A stretch of DNA of 64,000 nt from a virus: positions 1 through 64,000 of the IMG/VR virus record IMGVR_UViG_3300022752_000048. One strand, given 5' to 3'. The position numbers and the translations under genes are program-made. Below the pieces are notes generated by a model. The model saw only the letters and a program-made list of their open reading frames with translations. It did not search any database and was not told the origin of the DNA. Each line of letters begins with the position of its first letter. The first letter of the stretch is position 1. This document shows positions 46,099-55,403 of this stretch, piece after piece.

Positions 46099-49047
46099 AT
46101 GTCGCACTTTAAATTGTTTGATTTTGTTGACCAACATCCCGAAGAAAAACGTCCATGGAATAACCATTGGAAGAACAAAAAAATCTGTACAAATATGCAC
46201 TGCCATTCACACTTCTCATTAGATGGTGGTTCAACCGTTCAGACTATGGTTGAACGAGCTGTGGAATTGGAATACACACACTTTACTCTTTCCGAGCACG
46301 GCAACGTAAACAGCGCCGTTGCTTTGTATCGAGAGGCTGAAAAGATTAATAAGAAAGAAAAGAAAATTAAGTTGTTTCATTCTGTCGAAGCTTATATTCG
46401 TCACCCTAAAGATGAAAAATCTACCCATATTACTATCGGATTTAAAACACAGGCCGCGTTTCAAAAATATTGTGAGCTCACCCACACACTTTACGATGAA
46501 AAACACATGGAAGTCAAATGGGGTGATGTTAAACCGGTAATGACTACCGAACACTTAGAAGAACTGGCAGCTCATGGAATTGTCATAGGGACTGGCTGTA
46601 TTGGTTCATTCTTTAACTATCCTATCTATAAGCACGGTAACGTTAAAGAATCACGCGACCGCCTTGAATGGGTTATGGGTCTAGTTGGCAAAGACAACAT
46701 TTACGATGAATGGATTGTCGATGACCTTAGTAAATACTATGCGCCTGCAAAAGTTGAAGAAGGTAAAATTATTAAAGAGGCGGCGTTGGAACTTAACGAA
46801 TGCTCACCACATTTATTGCAATACGGACAAAACACTCCAAACATTGGTAAAGCTGTAAATAATGTTCGCCGCCAGTACGTTACTGGCCCACTAAACGTTA
46901 AACCTATTGTTTCGCTCGACTCCCATTATGCCCGTAAGAAAGATAAAGTAATTCAAGATTCTAAGAATTATGGTTCAGACTGGATTATGTCGAATTTTCA
47001 ACATATGCGCGGTGCAGAAGAATATGCATATGAGGCTAAAAAATACGGTGATCTAGACGATAAATTTATTGAAGAGCTAATCGATAACACCGAAGACTAT
47101 GCCGAACAGTTTAATAGTTATGAGTTTGGTCCATCAAAAGAATGGATCATGCCTAATTATGAAGACTCCAACCTAAAATGGATTGTCGACAAGATTAAAT
47201 CTGAAAAACGAATTAACTTGGAAAGTAAAGATTACGCTGAGCGCCTCAATTATGAAATTAAAGTGCTTGGCAATAATGGCGTATTTGACGGTCTAGCATA
47301 TCTAAGAACGGTTAGCGAAATTTGCGACGAGGCGGAAAAACGCAATATTTTGGTTAATACACGTGGTTCAGCTGGTGGTAGCCTTTCGTATTTTGCTGTG
47401 GGTGCATCCGTTACTGATCCAATTAAATATGATCTTCAGTTTGAACGTCATATTACTCTTGGCCGTATTAAGTCTGGATCTTTGCCAGACTGTGATTTGG
47501 ACTTTGACGTAAAAGACGAAGCCCTAAAAATGATCTACGAAATGTATCCTGACCGAGTTTTGCCCATTTCAGTAAACCAAAACCTTAAACCTCGCTCGGC
47601 AATTAAAGATGCAGAACGTTTTATTCTCGGATCTGTACGGCAGGAAACGGAAATCCTAACTAAGTCAATGCCAATTGTTCCACAAGGTAAAGACGAGACT
47701 GAATGGTTGTTTGGTTACGAAGATCATGAAACTGGTGAGCACGTCCAAGGCTATTTTGAGACTTCCCCAGAGCTTCGCACCTATGCAGAAAAGAATCCAG
47801 AAATTTGGATGATGGTAGAACAAATGTGTGGTGTTATGCGGCAAAAATCTTCACACCCGTGCGGGCTTATTATTACACCGTCCGATAGCAAGAAATGGCT
47901 GCCAGTTTGTCGCGTAGGTGGAAAGAATGGCGCACTTGTTACAGCGTGGTGCCCAAAAGATTTGGAATGGTATCGTGCAGTAAAGTTTGACGTGCTTGGT
48001 GTTAAAAAGATGCAAACAATCAAGAAAACATTCGAGCTGATTAAACAACGCCATGGAATTGATTTAAAATGGGGTGAGTTTGATCATAATGATCAAGTGT
48101 TTGAGAATATTTATCACGCAGGTAAAACCGATGCCACGTTCCAAACAAATACTTCCGGTATTCGTTCGTTGTGTGTAAGAACTAAACCAAAAAACATTGT
48201 TGATATTTCCAACCTAATTGCTTTGTATCGTCCATCTACAATTGACTGGCAGATGCATTTGCAGGCATCTGAAGAGCGACCAAGCGGATTTCACGGCAAC
48301 GCTATGGAATTTTATGTGCAATGCTCTGCCGGCAATCAGAAACCGTATTATATTCATCCCTCGCTCGAACCTATTTTTGGTTCGACGTTCGGAGTACCAT
48401 TGTTTCAAGAACAGATCCTAAAGCTTGCTCGAGAAGTCGGCGGCTATTCATTTGAAGAAGCAGAAAACCTTCGTCGCGGTATTGGTAAAAAAGATAAAAA
48501 GCTTATTAACGAAATTCTAGATGATATGGAAAAACGAATTATTGCCAAAGACTCTTCCTGGACCAAAAGCCAATTGCACGAATTGCGGGAAATGGTTATT
48601 GCATCTGCACGTTATGGATTCAATTGTGCCCATAGTACATCTTATGGAATTGTTTCTTACGCTACGGCATGGCTTAAAAATAATTATCCGTTGGAATTCT
48701 GGACGGCAGAGTTGAGCGTTGAATATGGCGATGAAGACAAACTCCGGGAATATTCACAATTAATTTCTGATAAACTACTTCAGCCATCCGTCCTGCATTC
48801 CGACACTACAGACTTTGTCATTGAAGGAGGCAAGATTCGCGTCCCCTTATGTGTTTTAAAGGGAGTTGGAGAAGAAGCTGCAAAAGCGGTCAAAAAACTC
48901 ATGCATAATAGTTTAGAGGAGATCGGTTTAACCAAAAAGCCACAAGTGGTCAAAAACCCGAAAGAATCCACTAAACGTGCAAAAGTACTTAGTGACCAAA
49001 AACCGGATGATAATTTGCTGTCGCTCAGGCAAGGGCAGGAAACCTAA
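46099..49047 (+). CDS. dnaE: DNA polymerase III alpha (family C), N-terminal subunit: PHP, palm, fingers, first HhH; lacks the C-terminal OB region
   Basis: HCHSHFSLDG/EHGN/DSHY (PHP), RGSAGGSL, PDCDLDFD, KFDVLG, LFQEQI, YGFNCAHS, LKGVGE, then a Lys-rich tail. Confidence 0.93.
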   Translation: MSHFKLFDFVDQHPEEKRPWNNHWKNKKICTNMHCHSHFSLDGGSTVQTMVERAVELEYTHFTLSEHGNVNSAVALYREAEKINKKEKKIKLFHSVEAYIRHPKDEKSTHITIGFKTQAAFQKYCELTHTLYDEKHMEVKWGDVKPVMTTEHLEELAAHGIVIGTGCIGSFFNYPIYKHGNVKESRDRLEWVMGLVGKDNIYDEWIVDDLSKYYAPAKVEEGKIIKEAALELNECSPHLLQYGQNTPNIGKAVNNVRRQYVTGPLNVKPIVSLDSHYARKKDKVIQDSKNYGSDWIMSNFQHMRGAEEYAYEAKKYGDLDDKFIEELIDNTEDYAEQFNSYEFGPSKEWIMPNYEDSNLKWIVDKIKSEKRINLESKDYAERLNYEIKVLGNNGVFDGLAYLRTVSEICDEAEKRNILVNTRGSAGGSLSYFAVGASVTDPIKYDLQFERHITLGRIKSGSLPDCDLDFDVKDEALKMIYEMYPDRVLPISVNQNLKPRSAIKDAERFILGSVRQETEILTKSMPIVPQGKDETEWLFGYEDHETGEHVQGYFETSPELRTYAEKNPEIWMMVEQMCGVMRQKSSHPCGLIITPSDSKKWLPVCRVGGKNGALVTAWCPKDLEWYRAVKFDVLGVKKMQTIKKTFELIKQRHGIDLKWGEFDHNDQVFENIYHAGKTDATFQTNTSGIRSLCVRTKPKNIVDISNLIALYRPSTIDWQMHLQASEERPSGFHGNAMEFYVQCSAGNQKPYYIHPSLEPIFGSTFGVPLFQEQILKLAREVGGYSFEEAENLRRGIGKKDKKLINEILDDMEKRIIAKDSSWTKSQLHELREMVIASARYGFNCAHSTSYGIVSYATAWLKNNYPLEFWTAELSVEYGDEDKLREYSQLISDKLLQPSVLHSDTTDFVIEGGKIRVPLCVLKGVGEEAAKAVKKLMHNSLEEIGLTKKPQVVKNPKESTKRAKVLSDQKPDDNLLSLRQGQET

Positions 49048-49330
49048 AACCTACTTTTTATGGTGGCGTGCGAATTTCCCAAGCTGGAAAACAATCATTA
49101 AATATAAAATGCCAACAAGAATAAATAAAAAAACAATATATCATGGCGGTTTAGGACTGCCGCGATTTTTTTGGGTTATGTTAACTGACACTAAAGGGCA
49201 AACAATAACTTATGACGAGGTAAAAAAAGAATCTATTTTTGAAACAAGTTCAAAGATAGATCTTCTAGAATTTTTAGCAGATAATAAATTCCCATCACAA
49301 ATATTAGATGTTTTTATGTCAAAACTCTAA
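49006..49330 (+). CDS. Hypothetical protein
   Basis: ORF overlapping the polymerase 3' end; start uncertain (GTG 48977 or ATG 49006). Confidence 0.45.
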
Positions 49331-49873
49331 TTTAAAGCCGAATCCTAAGCTTTTATCTTTAAATTCATATCCAGTTTCTAGCCAAAGCGGGCCGTATAAT
49401 CGAAACCCAAGATTTAATTCAATGTTTAATTCTTCGGTTGGTTTTGTCGTTAACAATTTATCAATAGATTTTTCAGCCATTAATCCGGCAGAATATTTAG
49501 ATAAATTTTGTTTTTGAACTATTTCTGTTTCTTTCTTTACGCTTTCTTTTTCTTTTGTTTCTTTAGAATTCTTGGAATCTTTGTCTACAACTTCCGAATT
49601 GCTTTCCTCGGTTTTGCTTTCTTCTTTAGTAGTTTCAATAACTTCGCCATTTGGTTTAGTTATTTTTTTAGTAATTTTTTTCTCTGTTTTTTTAGATTGA
49701 TATTCTTTTTCAAGGCGTTCGCGCTCTTCTGCAATTACTTTTTCTGTTTTTTCTTTATCTACAACAAGAACTTCTTTGATTTGAATATCTGGTGCTGGGC
49801 GATTACCATAGCCAATGGCATAACCGCCTACTAAACATAATGCTGCCGCAATTATATATTTTTTATCAAGCAT
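49319..49873 (-). CDS. Spanin-position membrane protein
   Basis: Last gene of the lysis cassette; N-terminal hydrophobic helix, K/E-rich linker, C-terminal amphipathic beta-strands ending in Phe. Confidence 0.55.
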   Translation of the reverse strand: MLDKKYIIAAALCLVGGYAIGYGNRPAPDIQIKEVLVVDKEKTEKVIAEERERLEKEYQSKKTEKKITKKITKPNGEVIETTKEESKTEESNSEVVDKDSKNSKETKEKESVKKETEIVQKQNLSKYSAGLMAEKSIDKLLTTKPTEELNIELNLGFRLYGPLWLETGYEFKDKSLGFGFKLEF

Positions 49874-50312
49874 AAGGATTTTTCTTTTGCAGATCTTTCC
49901 AAGTTAAATCTTGGGGATTGTATTCAAAATGAGCCGTCTCTTTAAATTTTTTCCAATTACCAGCCCATCGTAAACCCTTTGGCTCTAGTATTGGTTTGAT
50001 TAAAGTCCAAATTTTTTTGTAAAGTTTTTCATCCCAAACAATATCGCCCTTTTTATCTACAAAATGGAAATCGCCGGCTAGTCTATAATTGTGAGTTGAT
50101 TGTCCGCCTTTGGCGTTTGTAACAATCTTTCCGGCTTCGGAACGGCCAAGCGCGTAGAGTTTATCTTGATCTTCGGGAGATCTATAGCCAGAATGGCATT
50201 GCATATTTAGCCCATTGGCATATGCAATTTCTAACATTCGATTCATTACTTCTTGCGCGGGTGGGATTAACTCAGCTACTAGCTTTTTTGTTCTTTGATC
50301 CATTTCCAGCAT
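49866..50312 (-). CDS. Endolysin, peptidase M15 (L-Ala-D-Glu peptidase-like)
   Basis: SGYRSPEDQDKLYALGR, VTNAKGGQSTHNYRLAGD (SxHxxxxAxD-like), RWAGNW, ETAHFE. Confidence 0.88.
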   Translation of the reverse strand: MLEMDQRTKKLVAELIPPAQEVMNRMLEIAYANGLNMQCHSGYRSPEDQDKLYALGRSEAGKIVTNAKGGQSTHNYRLAGDFHFVDKKGDIVWDEKLYKKIWTLIKPILEPKGLRWAGNWKKFKETAHFEYNPQDLTWKDLQKKNPYA

Positions 50313-50514
50313 TTTCAGATTCCTCTTTCTTTTGCATGCGAGGTTCTTTATATGCCTTTTCTACACCATTCACAGCAGCTAGCGCAATGGCTACTGATGC
50401 AATAGAATTTGCAACGTCTACATTATGGGTATAGCCCAAAATGGCTAGTAATGTGATTGTATAAAAAGCAATTGCCGTACGTCTGCAGCCATTGAATGGT
50501 TTTAGCAACATCAT
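50272..50514 (-). CDS. Putative holin
   Basis: 80 aa with two hydrophobic segments and a charged tail; directly upstream of the endolysin. Confidence 0.55.
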   Translation of the reverse strand: MMLLKPFNGCRRTAIAFYTITLLAILGYTHNVDVANSIASVAIALAAVNGVEKAYKEPRMQKKEESENAGNGSKNKKASS

Positions 50515-52217
50515 TTATACTTCTTTTTTAATAAAGAATGCGCCTTTTTAAGGATCTCTACGCTTCCAAACCCTTGTTTTTTTACTGGTTTGTCATTTAC
50601 AGATTGTTGTTCGCCCATTCTTTTAGAATAATCACCAACAATATCAGATTCTGGGATTTCTCCCGCCACAGCACCCTCTTTCGGCTTGCTTGGAAATGCT
50701 GGATTTTTAGCCTGCTCGGCAGATTTGTACATAGACTTGGCAGCTTCTCCGTTGCCAGACCCTTGTTTTTGTTTCATCTTTCTTTCAATTTCTGCTTTTG
50801 GCATAGCTATAAACCCTTCATTTGCCGAAGGGATTTCTTCCGGTTTTTGAGTTTCTGTCTTTTGCTTTTGAGCAGCTTCCTGTCTGGCCTTTAGTTCTGC
50901 GATTCTAGCAGCATATTCTGCAGCGCCGCCACCAGCGACCATTGAGCTGCCGCCTTTTTTGGGCTTTGTTTTTGCTCTGAATTCACCAGAACCCGGCGAA
51001 TAATTTTCTTGTGAAACAATTCCTTGCGCCTCTTTGGTAGCGCCTTCTGTTGCGTCACCAATATCGCGTTCTGTCGCTCCTTGTGGTCTTAAACCTGAAC
51101 CGCCTTTGGCTCCTTGTCGAGCTAAAAACCAATCCATGTGCTCGGCCTGAGCCTGTGCACTTGGGCCGTATTTAGAACTACGACCCGGCACGCCTCTTGA
51201 TCCAGGGCCAGTAAGTTGTGTTAAAGAACCGCGTGAATCTGGGGAATAGTTTCTTGAATATAAATTTTGATCTGCGCTTCCCTGGTATTGGCGTTTTGTT
51301 TCAAAACCAGGAACTCGCCTAGTTTCTTCTTGTTCCATAAATTCTTTTGGCATTTCTTCAGAAGCAGGTTTTTGTTCAGCACGAAATTGCTCTGCAGCCA
51401 TAGAAACTTTTGGATCATAAAGAGCGCTCTTTGTATCAGGATCTTCGAAATCGGGATCATAATTGGGAGACTGAGGATCACCAAGACCAAGAGCAGCCGC
51501 GCCAAATTTTTGTTTTGCGCTCAAGATTTGCTCATTAAGCTCTTTCATTCTTTTTAATCTTTGAGGTGCAAGTTTTGGATCTTGAGCGTTTTTAATTTCT
51601 TCTTCGGTTTTTGGCTTTGCAAGTGACCTGAGTTCTTCTTGCAAGGGAGCAATATCTTGCTCAAATTGTCGACGTACTTCGGTGTCACGGCCAACTTTCC
51701 TTGGTACTGAGACTGTTTCAGTTTTTGGAACTTGAACATCAACAGGTTTGCCTGTGTATTCTTGTTCGGCATGTTTATTGTGATATTTCAAAGCAGTTTT
51801 GTAGTGCGCTTGAGCTGCTTTTGCATCTCCACTTCGCTCTGCATCTTCGCCCATATCTTGAGCTAATTTAGCTACTTCTCTGTACCTTTTTTGACGTTTT
51901 AGGTCTTTCATTGCATCTGTAAGTGCAGCATCGTCGTTTTCTTCGTCAGCCTTCATCATTGCCGTTTGAGAAGAAGTTTGTACCATTCCGGGGCTCATCT
52001 CCCCTGCTGGACGCGACCCACCCATTGGCATTGCCTGTTTTTGCAGTTCCGTAGCTTTTTCCATTCTGAGTTTGTTAAATACATCAGAGCGATCTTCTGG
52101 AGCAACCTTTGGCATTACTTCATTGACTTTAGCGGGGCCTTTAATTTCTTTCACTGCTTGGTCAACGGACATAGCTTTGCACATTTTATGCATTTTTTTA
52201 AGATGCTGGATGCTCAT
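50511..52217 (-). CDS. Low-complexity charged protein, possible internal head protein
   Basis: 568 aa, E/K/Q/G-rich and likely disordered; recurrent (L/M)xK(A/S) motifs. Confidence 0.5.
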   Translation of the reverse strand: MSIQHLKKMHKMCKAMSVDQAVKEIKGPAKVNEVMPKVAPEDRSDVFNKLRMEKATELQKQAMPMGGSRPAGEMSPGMVQTSSQTAMMKADEENDDAALTDAMKDLKRQKRYREVAKLAQDMGEDAERSGDAKAAQAHYKTALKYHNKHAEQEYTGKPVDVQVPKTETVSVPRKVGRDTEVRRQFEQDIAPLQEELRSLAKPKTEEEIKNAQDPKLAPQRLKRMKELNEQILSAKQKFGAAALGLGDPQSPNYDPDFEDPDTKSALYDPKVSMAAEQFRAEQKPASEEMPKEFMEQEETRRVPGFETKRQYQGSADQNLYSRNYSPDSRGSLTQLTGPGSRGVPGRSSKYGPSAQAQAEHMDWFLARQGAKGGSGLRPQGATERDIGDATEGATKEAQGIVSQENYSPGSGEFRAKTKPKKGGSSMVAGGGAAEYAARIAELKARQEAAQKQKTETQKPEEIPSANEGFIAMPKAEIERKMKQKQGSGNGEAAKSMYKSAEQAKNPAFPSKPKEGAVAGEIPESDIVGDYSKRMGEQQSVNDKPVKKQGFGSVEILKKAHSLLKKKYK

Positions 52218-52265
52218 TTTTTTACTCCAAAAACCTTGACTTTTATTGAAATTAATGCCATTGTC

Positions 52266-52290
52266 TTATATTAGCAAATCGCTAATATAA
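52266..52290. promoter_or_regulatory. Perfect inverted repeat TTATATTAGC-N5-GCTAATATAA in a divergent intergenic region
   Basis: Read directly; flanked by a TATAAT on the minus strand (52291-52296) and overlapping TTGTCT-N16-TAATAT on the plus strand. Confidence 0.6.
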
Positions 52291-52299
52291 ATTATACAC

Positions 52300-53235
52300 T
52301 TGGAGTCGTCTATGGCAATTGATTTAAGTAAGATGACATTTGGCGCTGAGTTAGAACTGGGTGATGTTGATACAAAAATTGTTTTACCGCCCGGAAATAG
52401 ATGGTGCGATAAAGACGGATCTATCTGTAATTCCAACGGAACTGCAAACGATCCCAAAAAAATCTTCAATCGATATGGCGGCGAAATCCAAATGAAACCG
52501 GAAAACACACCGGAAGAATTGCTTCGTGCTACGAAGGAGATTTACGACCTTCTCCCTAAAAAACATTTTAACTTTACAACTAATTTACACGTTCATATTC
52601 GTATCCCCGGCCTTAAAGACGATTTAGAGGCCCTAAAGAAAATTGTCACGTATCTTCGAAAATATGATGAAGAAATCTATGAACTTATAGATCCAAACCC
52701 ATTTCCAGAGCGTCAGCTAAAGTTTTCAAATCCAGATTTTTATAATGGTGCAGTCTCAAGATGGCGTCGAAGGAATAAATCCCATAGATACCGGGTTACA
52801 GAAAAAGTTTATAAACTTATGATGAATGCCAAATCTCCACGCGAATTTTACGAGGCACACGCCCCCAAGAATCGTTTTGGACAACCTATGTGGCATGTTG
52901 TTGTTAGGGCTGGTGTTAACCTAAAACAAATATTCGAAGATACGGAAACTATTGAGTTTCGGCATTTCACGATGTCGCCAGATTTAAACAAAATGCTTTC
53001 CGCCTATAAATGGCCAAAGCTTTTGATGGAAGCTATTTTTGTTACTGGTCATACACCAAAACAAATTTTAGAAAACAATCCAGATCTGGTATTTCAAAAC
53101 TTTCATCCGTATGACCACGGGCTAGACAAAATTTTTAGGCAGACTAATGTTTATCATAACAAACGTTCAGAAGTACGAGAGAATTACAAGCGTTTAATCG
53201 AACAAGGTTTGATAAACGAACAGTCCTTATATTGA
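52300..53235 (+). CDS. Amidoligase (glutamine synthetase-like COOH-NH2 ligase family)
   Basis: TFGAELE, DGSI, GGEI, LHVHI, ETIEFRHF motifs. The real start may be the ATG of MAIDLSK. Confidence 0.8.
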   Translation: MESSMAIDLSKMTFGAELELGDVDTKIVLPPGNRWCDKDGSICNSNGTANDPKKIFNRYGGEIQMKPENTPEELLRATKEIYDLLPKKHFNFTTNLHVHIRIPGLKDDLEALKKIVTYLRKYDEEIYELIDPNPFPERQLKFSNPDFYNGAVSRWRRRNKSHRYRVTEKVYKLMMNAKSPREFYEAHAPKNRFGQPMWHVVVRAGVNLKQIFEDTETIEFRHFTMSPDLNKMLSAYKWPKLLMEAIFVTGHTPKQILENNPDLVFQNFHPYDHGLDKIFRQTNVYHNKRSEVRENYKRLIEQGLINEQSLY

Positions 53236-53242
53236 GGAATAT

Positions 53243-53695
53243 ATGAAAATTTTATTTATCTGTACTGGCAATAAATTCCGCAGTCCAACTGCGGAGCATA
53301 TTATGAAATGCCTAGCGCCGCATTTAGAAGTTAAATCCGCTGGAACCGCAGAAGGAGCTGATAAAAACTATTTAATGGCTAAAAAAATGCGTCGTTGTTT
53401 AGTGGAATTAGGTTATCCCGAGCCTAAAATTCGGTCGCAGCATGTTACGGATGATCTTATGAATTGGGCTGATGTAGTTTTTTATATGGCACCAATTCAT
53501 GGTAAATATTTGTTTGAAAACCATTACCCGTTTATTAATAAAACCCAAGGTTTATACAGTTGGCTTCCAGAAGAAAGTTTAAAAAGGATTGAAGACCCCG
53601 CCTTTATTAAAAATCACGAAGATGTAATGGAAATTACTAAATTAATTGAAAAAGCTGTAAAATCAATTCTGGCACAACAAGCTAAGCGTATTTAA
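53243..53695 (+). CDS. Low-molecular-weight phosphatase (LMW-PTP/ArsC fold)
   Basis: ILFICTGNKFRSPTAE (CX5R), SAGT, WADVVFYM, IEDP general acid. Confidence 0.88.
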   Translation: MKILFICTGNKFRSPTAEHIMKCLAPHLEVKSAGTAEGADKNYLMAKKMRRCLVELGYPEPKIRSQHVTDDLMNWADVVFYMAPIHGKYLFENHYPFINKTQGLYSWLPEESLKRIEDPAFIKNHEDVMEITKLIEKAVKSILAQQAKRI

Positions 53696-53925
53696 ATTTC
53701 AGAATTGCTGATTTTGTTTTTTTGACGAGAGCCTGTTGGGATAGAGGTACCCGGAAGTTTAGGAGCTTCCGGCATTTTTATTTCTGGAGCTTTAAATGTA
53801 GTTTTCTTGGAAATAGAAGATACAGTGCCGTCCAGAATTTTATACATTCTGTCTTGGACAGTTTCGGCAGGGGTGGATTTAGCCATTTTCTTGCATAGTT
53901 CGACTATTTCTAATAGCTTGTTCAA
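53692..53925 (-). CDS. Small basic protein
   Basis: 77 aa; LCKKMAKS resembles the N-terminus of 50511..52217. Confidence 0.45.
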   Translation of the reverse strand: MNKLLEIVELCKKMAKSTPAETVQDRMYKILDGTVSSISKKTTFKAPEIKMPEAPKLPGTSIPTGSRQKNKISNSEI

Positions 53926-54415
53926 GTTCGGCCTCTGTTACAATCCAAGGTGGTACGCAAACCATTTTATGCTCTATTTTACCATATTGGATATTGGATA
54001 AAAAAGGCTTCATGAGTTCTTGTTCATCTTGGTGGCGATTTTCTTTAATATAACCGATACTATTGATATTTTTATCAAGTAGTTTAGACATACAAGCCAT
54101 GCAGGGCTGGATACTCACAATAAATTGATATTTATGAATATTCATTGTTTCTGTCATCTTTTCAATAAGATCTGCCTCGGCATGACGAACTAAGAATTTT
54201 TTGGCAGGATTTTTGTCGATTGCAAGTTCAGCAAGAGCCTTTGAACTTTTTTCAAAAGCAGAAATTATCTTATTAACGCCGTAGGCAACAACCGAATTTG
54301 TTGAAGGGTCTATGGCAATTGAAACTACCTGAACTAGTGGATCGCTACTTCGTTTTTTAAGAACGTCAAATAGGATCTCGGTGCTAACTACAGGATAGGT
54401 GCCGTAGACAAACAT
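53879..54415 (-). CDS. Zn-dependent (d)CMP deaminase-family protein
   Basis: HAE...QPCMAC zinc motif; overlaps the kinase 3' end. Confidence 0.8.
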   Translation of the reverse strand: MFVYGTYPVVSTEILFDVLKKRSSDPLVQVVSIAIDPSTNSVVAYGVNKIISAFEKSSKALAELAIDKNPAKKFLVRHAEADLIEKMTETMNIHKYQFIVSIQPCMACMSKLLDKNINSIGYIKENRHQDEQELMKPFLSNIQYGKIEHKMVCVPPWIVTEAELEQAIRNSRTMQENG

Positions 54416-55026
54416 TCTTTAATTCCTTGCTGTAGCTTTTGCACTACTTGTTCGGGTGAATCTTCAAAATCTACTTTTACTAGAGTAACAGGGGCGCGGC
54501 ATAAATCCAAGAAATATCCTACGCACATCTTTGCTCTATCTGTAAATACCTGAACATTATTAAATGTTAAATCAGGAAGTCGTTCTTCGACAATTCCGGC
54601 ATTTTTTCTGCGGAGCGAAAGGCGTTCTCTGATTTTTTCTACTGCAAAGTCGTAATGAACTACTACAACACGAATATCTTGTTTATGGCGATATTCGTTC
54701 ACCATTTCAACCCAACGTGAGGTCGACATAACGCCATCGATAATAACTGTATCTGATAGCTCTAGAGCATCGAAAAAACCAGTTCTAACTAAGGATGGTG
54801 TGGTTATAGAATCCGTGCCAGAATTTTTATTACCAACCAAAACACAATTATCATATTGAACAATACTATATTTTTGCTCAATCGTAGCACCTCTATTTGG
54901 CATCCGCTTTTTAATGAATTTACCCATCTTAGAAATTTCTTTGCCGGCCCCCTGGCAAAAAGTGTTTCTAGTGGTAGTTTTACCTGTTGCGCCTGCGCCC
55001 ATAAGGAAAATTGCTAGCTTAGTCAT
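54388..55026 (-). CDS. P-loop kinase, 5-hydroxymethylpyrimidine DNA kinase (5-HMUDK)-like
   Basis: IFLMGAGATGKTT, VLVG...SGTDSI, VIIDGV, RERLSLRR; neighbour of an aGPT-Pplase2 gene. Confidence 0.75.
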   Translation of the reverse strand: MTKLAIFLMGAGATGKTTTRNTFCQGAGKEISKMGKFIKKRMPNRGATIEQKYSIVQYDNCVLVGNKNSGTDSITTPSLVRTGFFDALELSDTVIIDGVMSTSRWVEMVNEYRHKQDIRVVVVHYDFAVEKIRERLSLRRKNAGIVEERLPDLTFNNVQVFTDRAKMCVGYFLDLCRAPVTLVKVDFEDSPEQVVQKLQQGIKECLSTAPIL

Positions 55027-55393
55027 GGAAACCCTCTATGTACTCCTGATTAGTTTTATGGCATTTAACGCAAATTCTATTTCCGTGTGGCGAAAAGAAA
55101 ACAGTATTACACTTCAAACAATTTCTGTTTTTTGGCTCTGCAGATCCATGTTCCAAAAAGAACTTTTCGTCTGCCTTCCGCAGTTCTTCCATAAGCTGTT
55201 TATGCCTCTGTTTACGTCTATTTGACGTTTTTTCTCTATTCTTTTTAACTTTTTCTGTCAAATCATTCCAGCTCAAATTATGATGTTCGACATAATTTTT
55301 CATGAAAGATTCATGATTATCTGTAACAGGAACTGGAATGTTAAGAGTTTTGCAAAACACCTTTAGTGTAATTTTGATTTCATTAACAATCAT
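55019..55393 (-). CDS. Zinc-ribbon protein
   Basis: CLKC...NRICVKC. Confidence 0.6.
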   Translation of the reverse strand: MIVNEIKITLKVFCKTLNIPVPVTDNHESFMKNYVEHHNLSWNDLTEKVKKNREKTSNRRKQRHKQLMEELRKADEKFFLEHGSAEPKNRNCLKCNTVFFSPHGNRICVKCHKTNQEYIEGFHD

Positions 55394-55403
55394 TGTTTTG
55401 CCT

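Noticed and set aside
48880-49330. Intein, intron or frameshift rescuing the DnaE C-terminus locally
   Set aside because: No intein motifs or recognisable intron core; the overlapping ORF does not resemble DnaE; the missing part is at 61636..62439.
49508-49834. Phe-rich + strand ORF as a membrane protein or o-spanin
   Set aside because: Antisense of a Lys/Glu-rich gene, on the wrong strand for the lysis transcript, with no proper lipoprotein signal.
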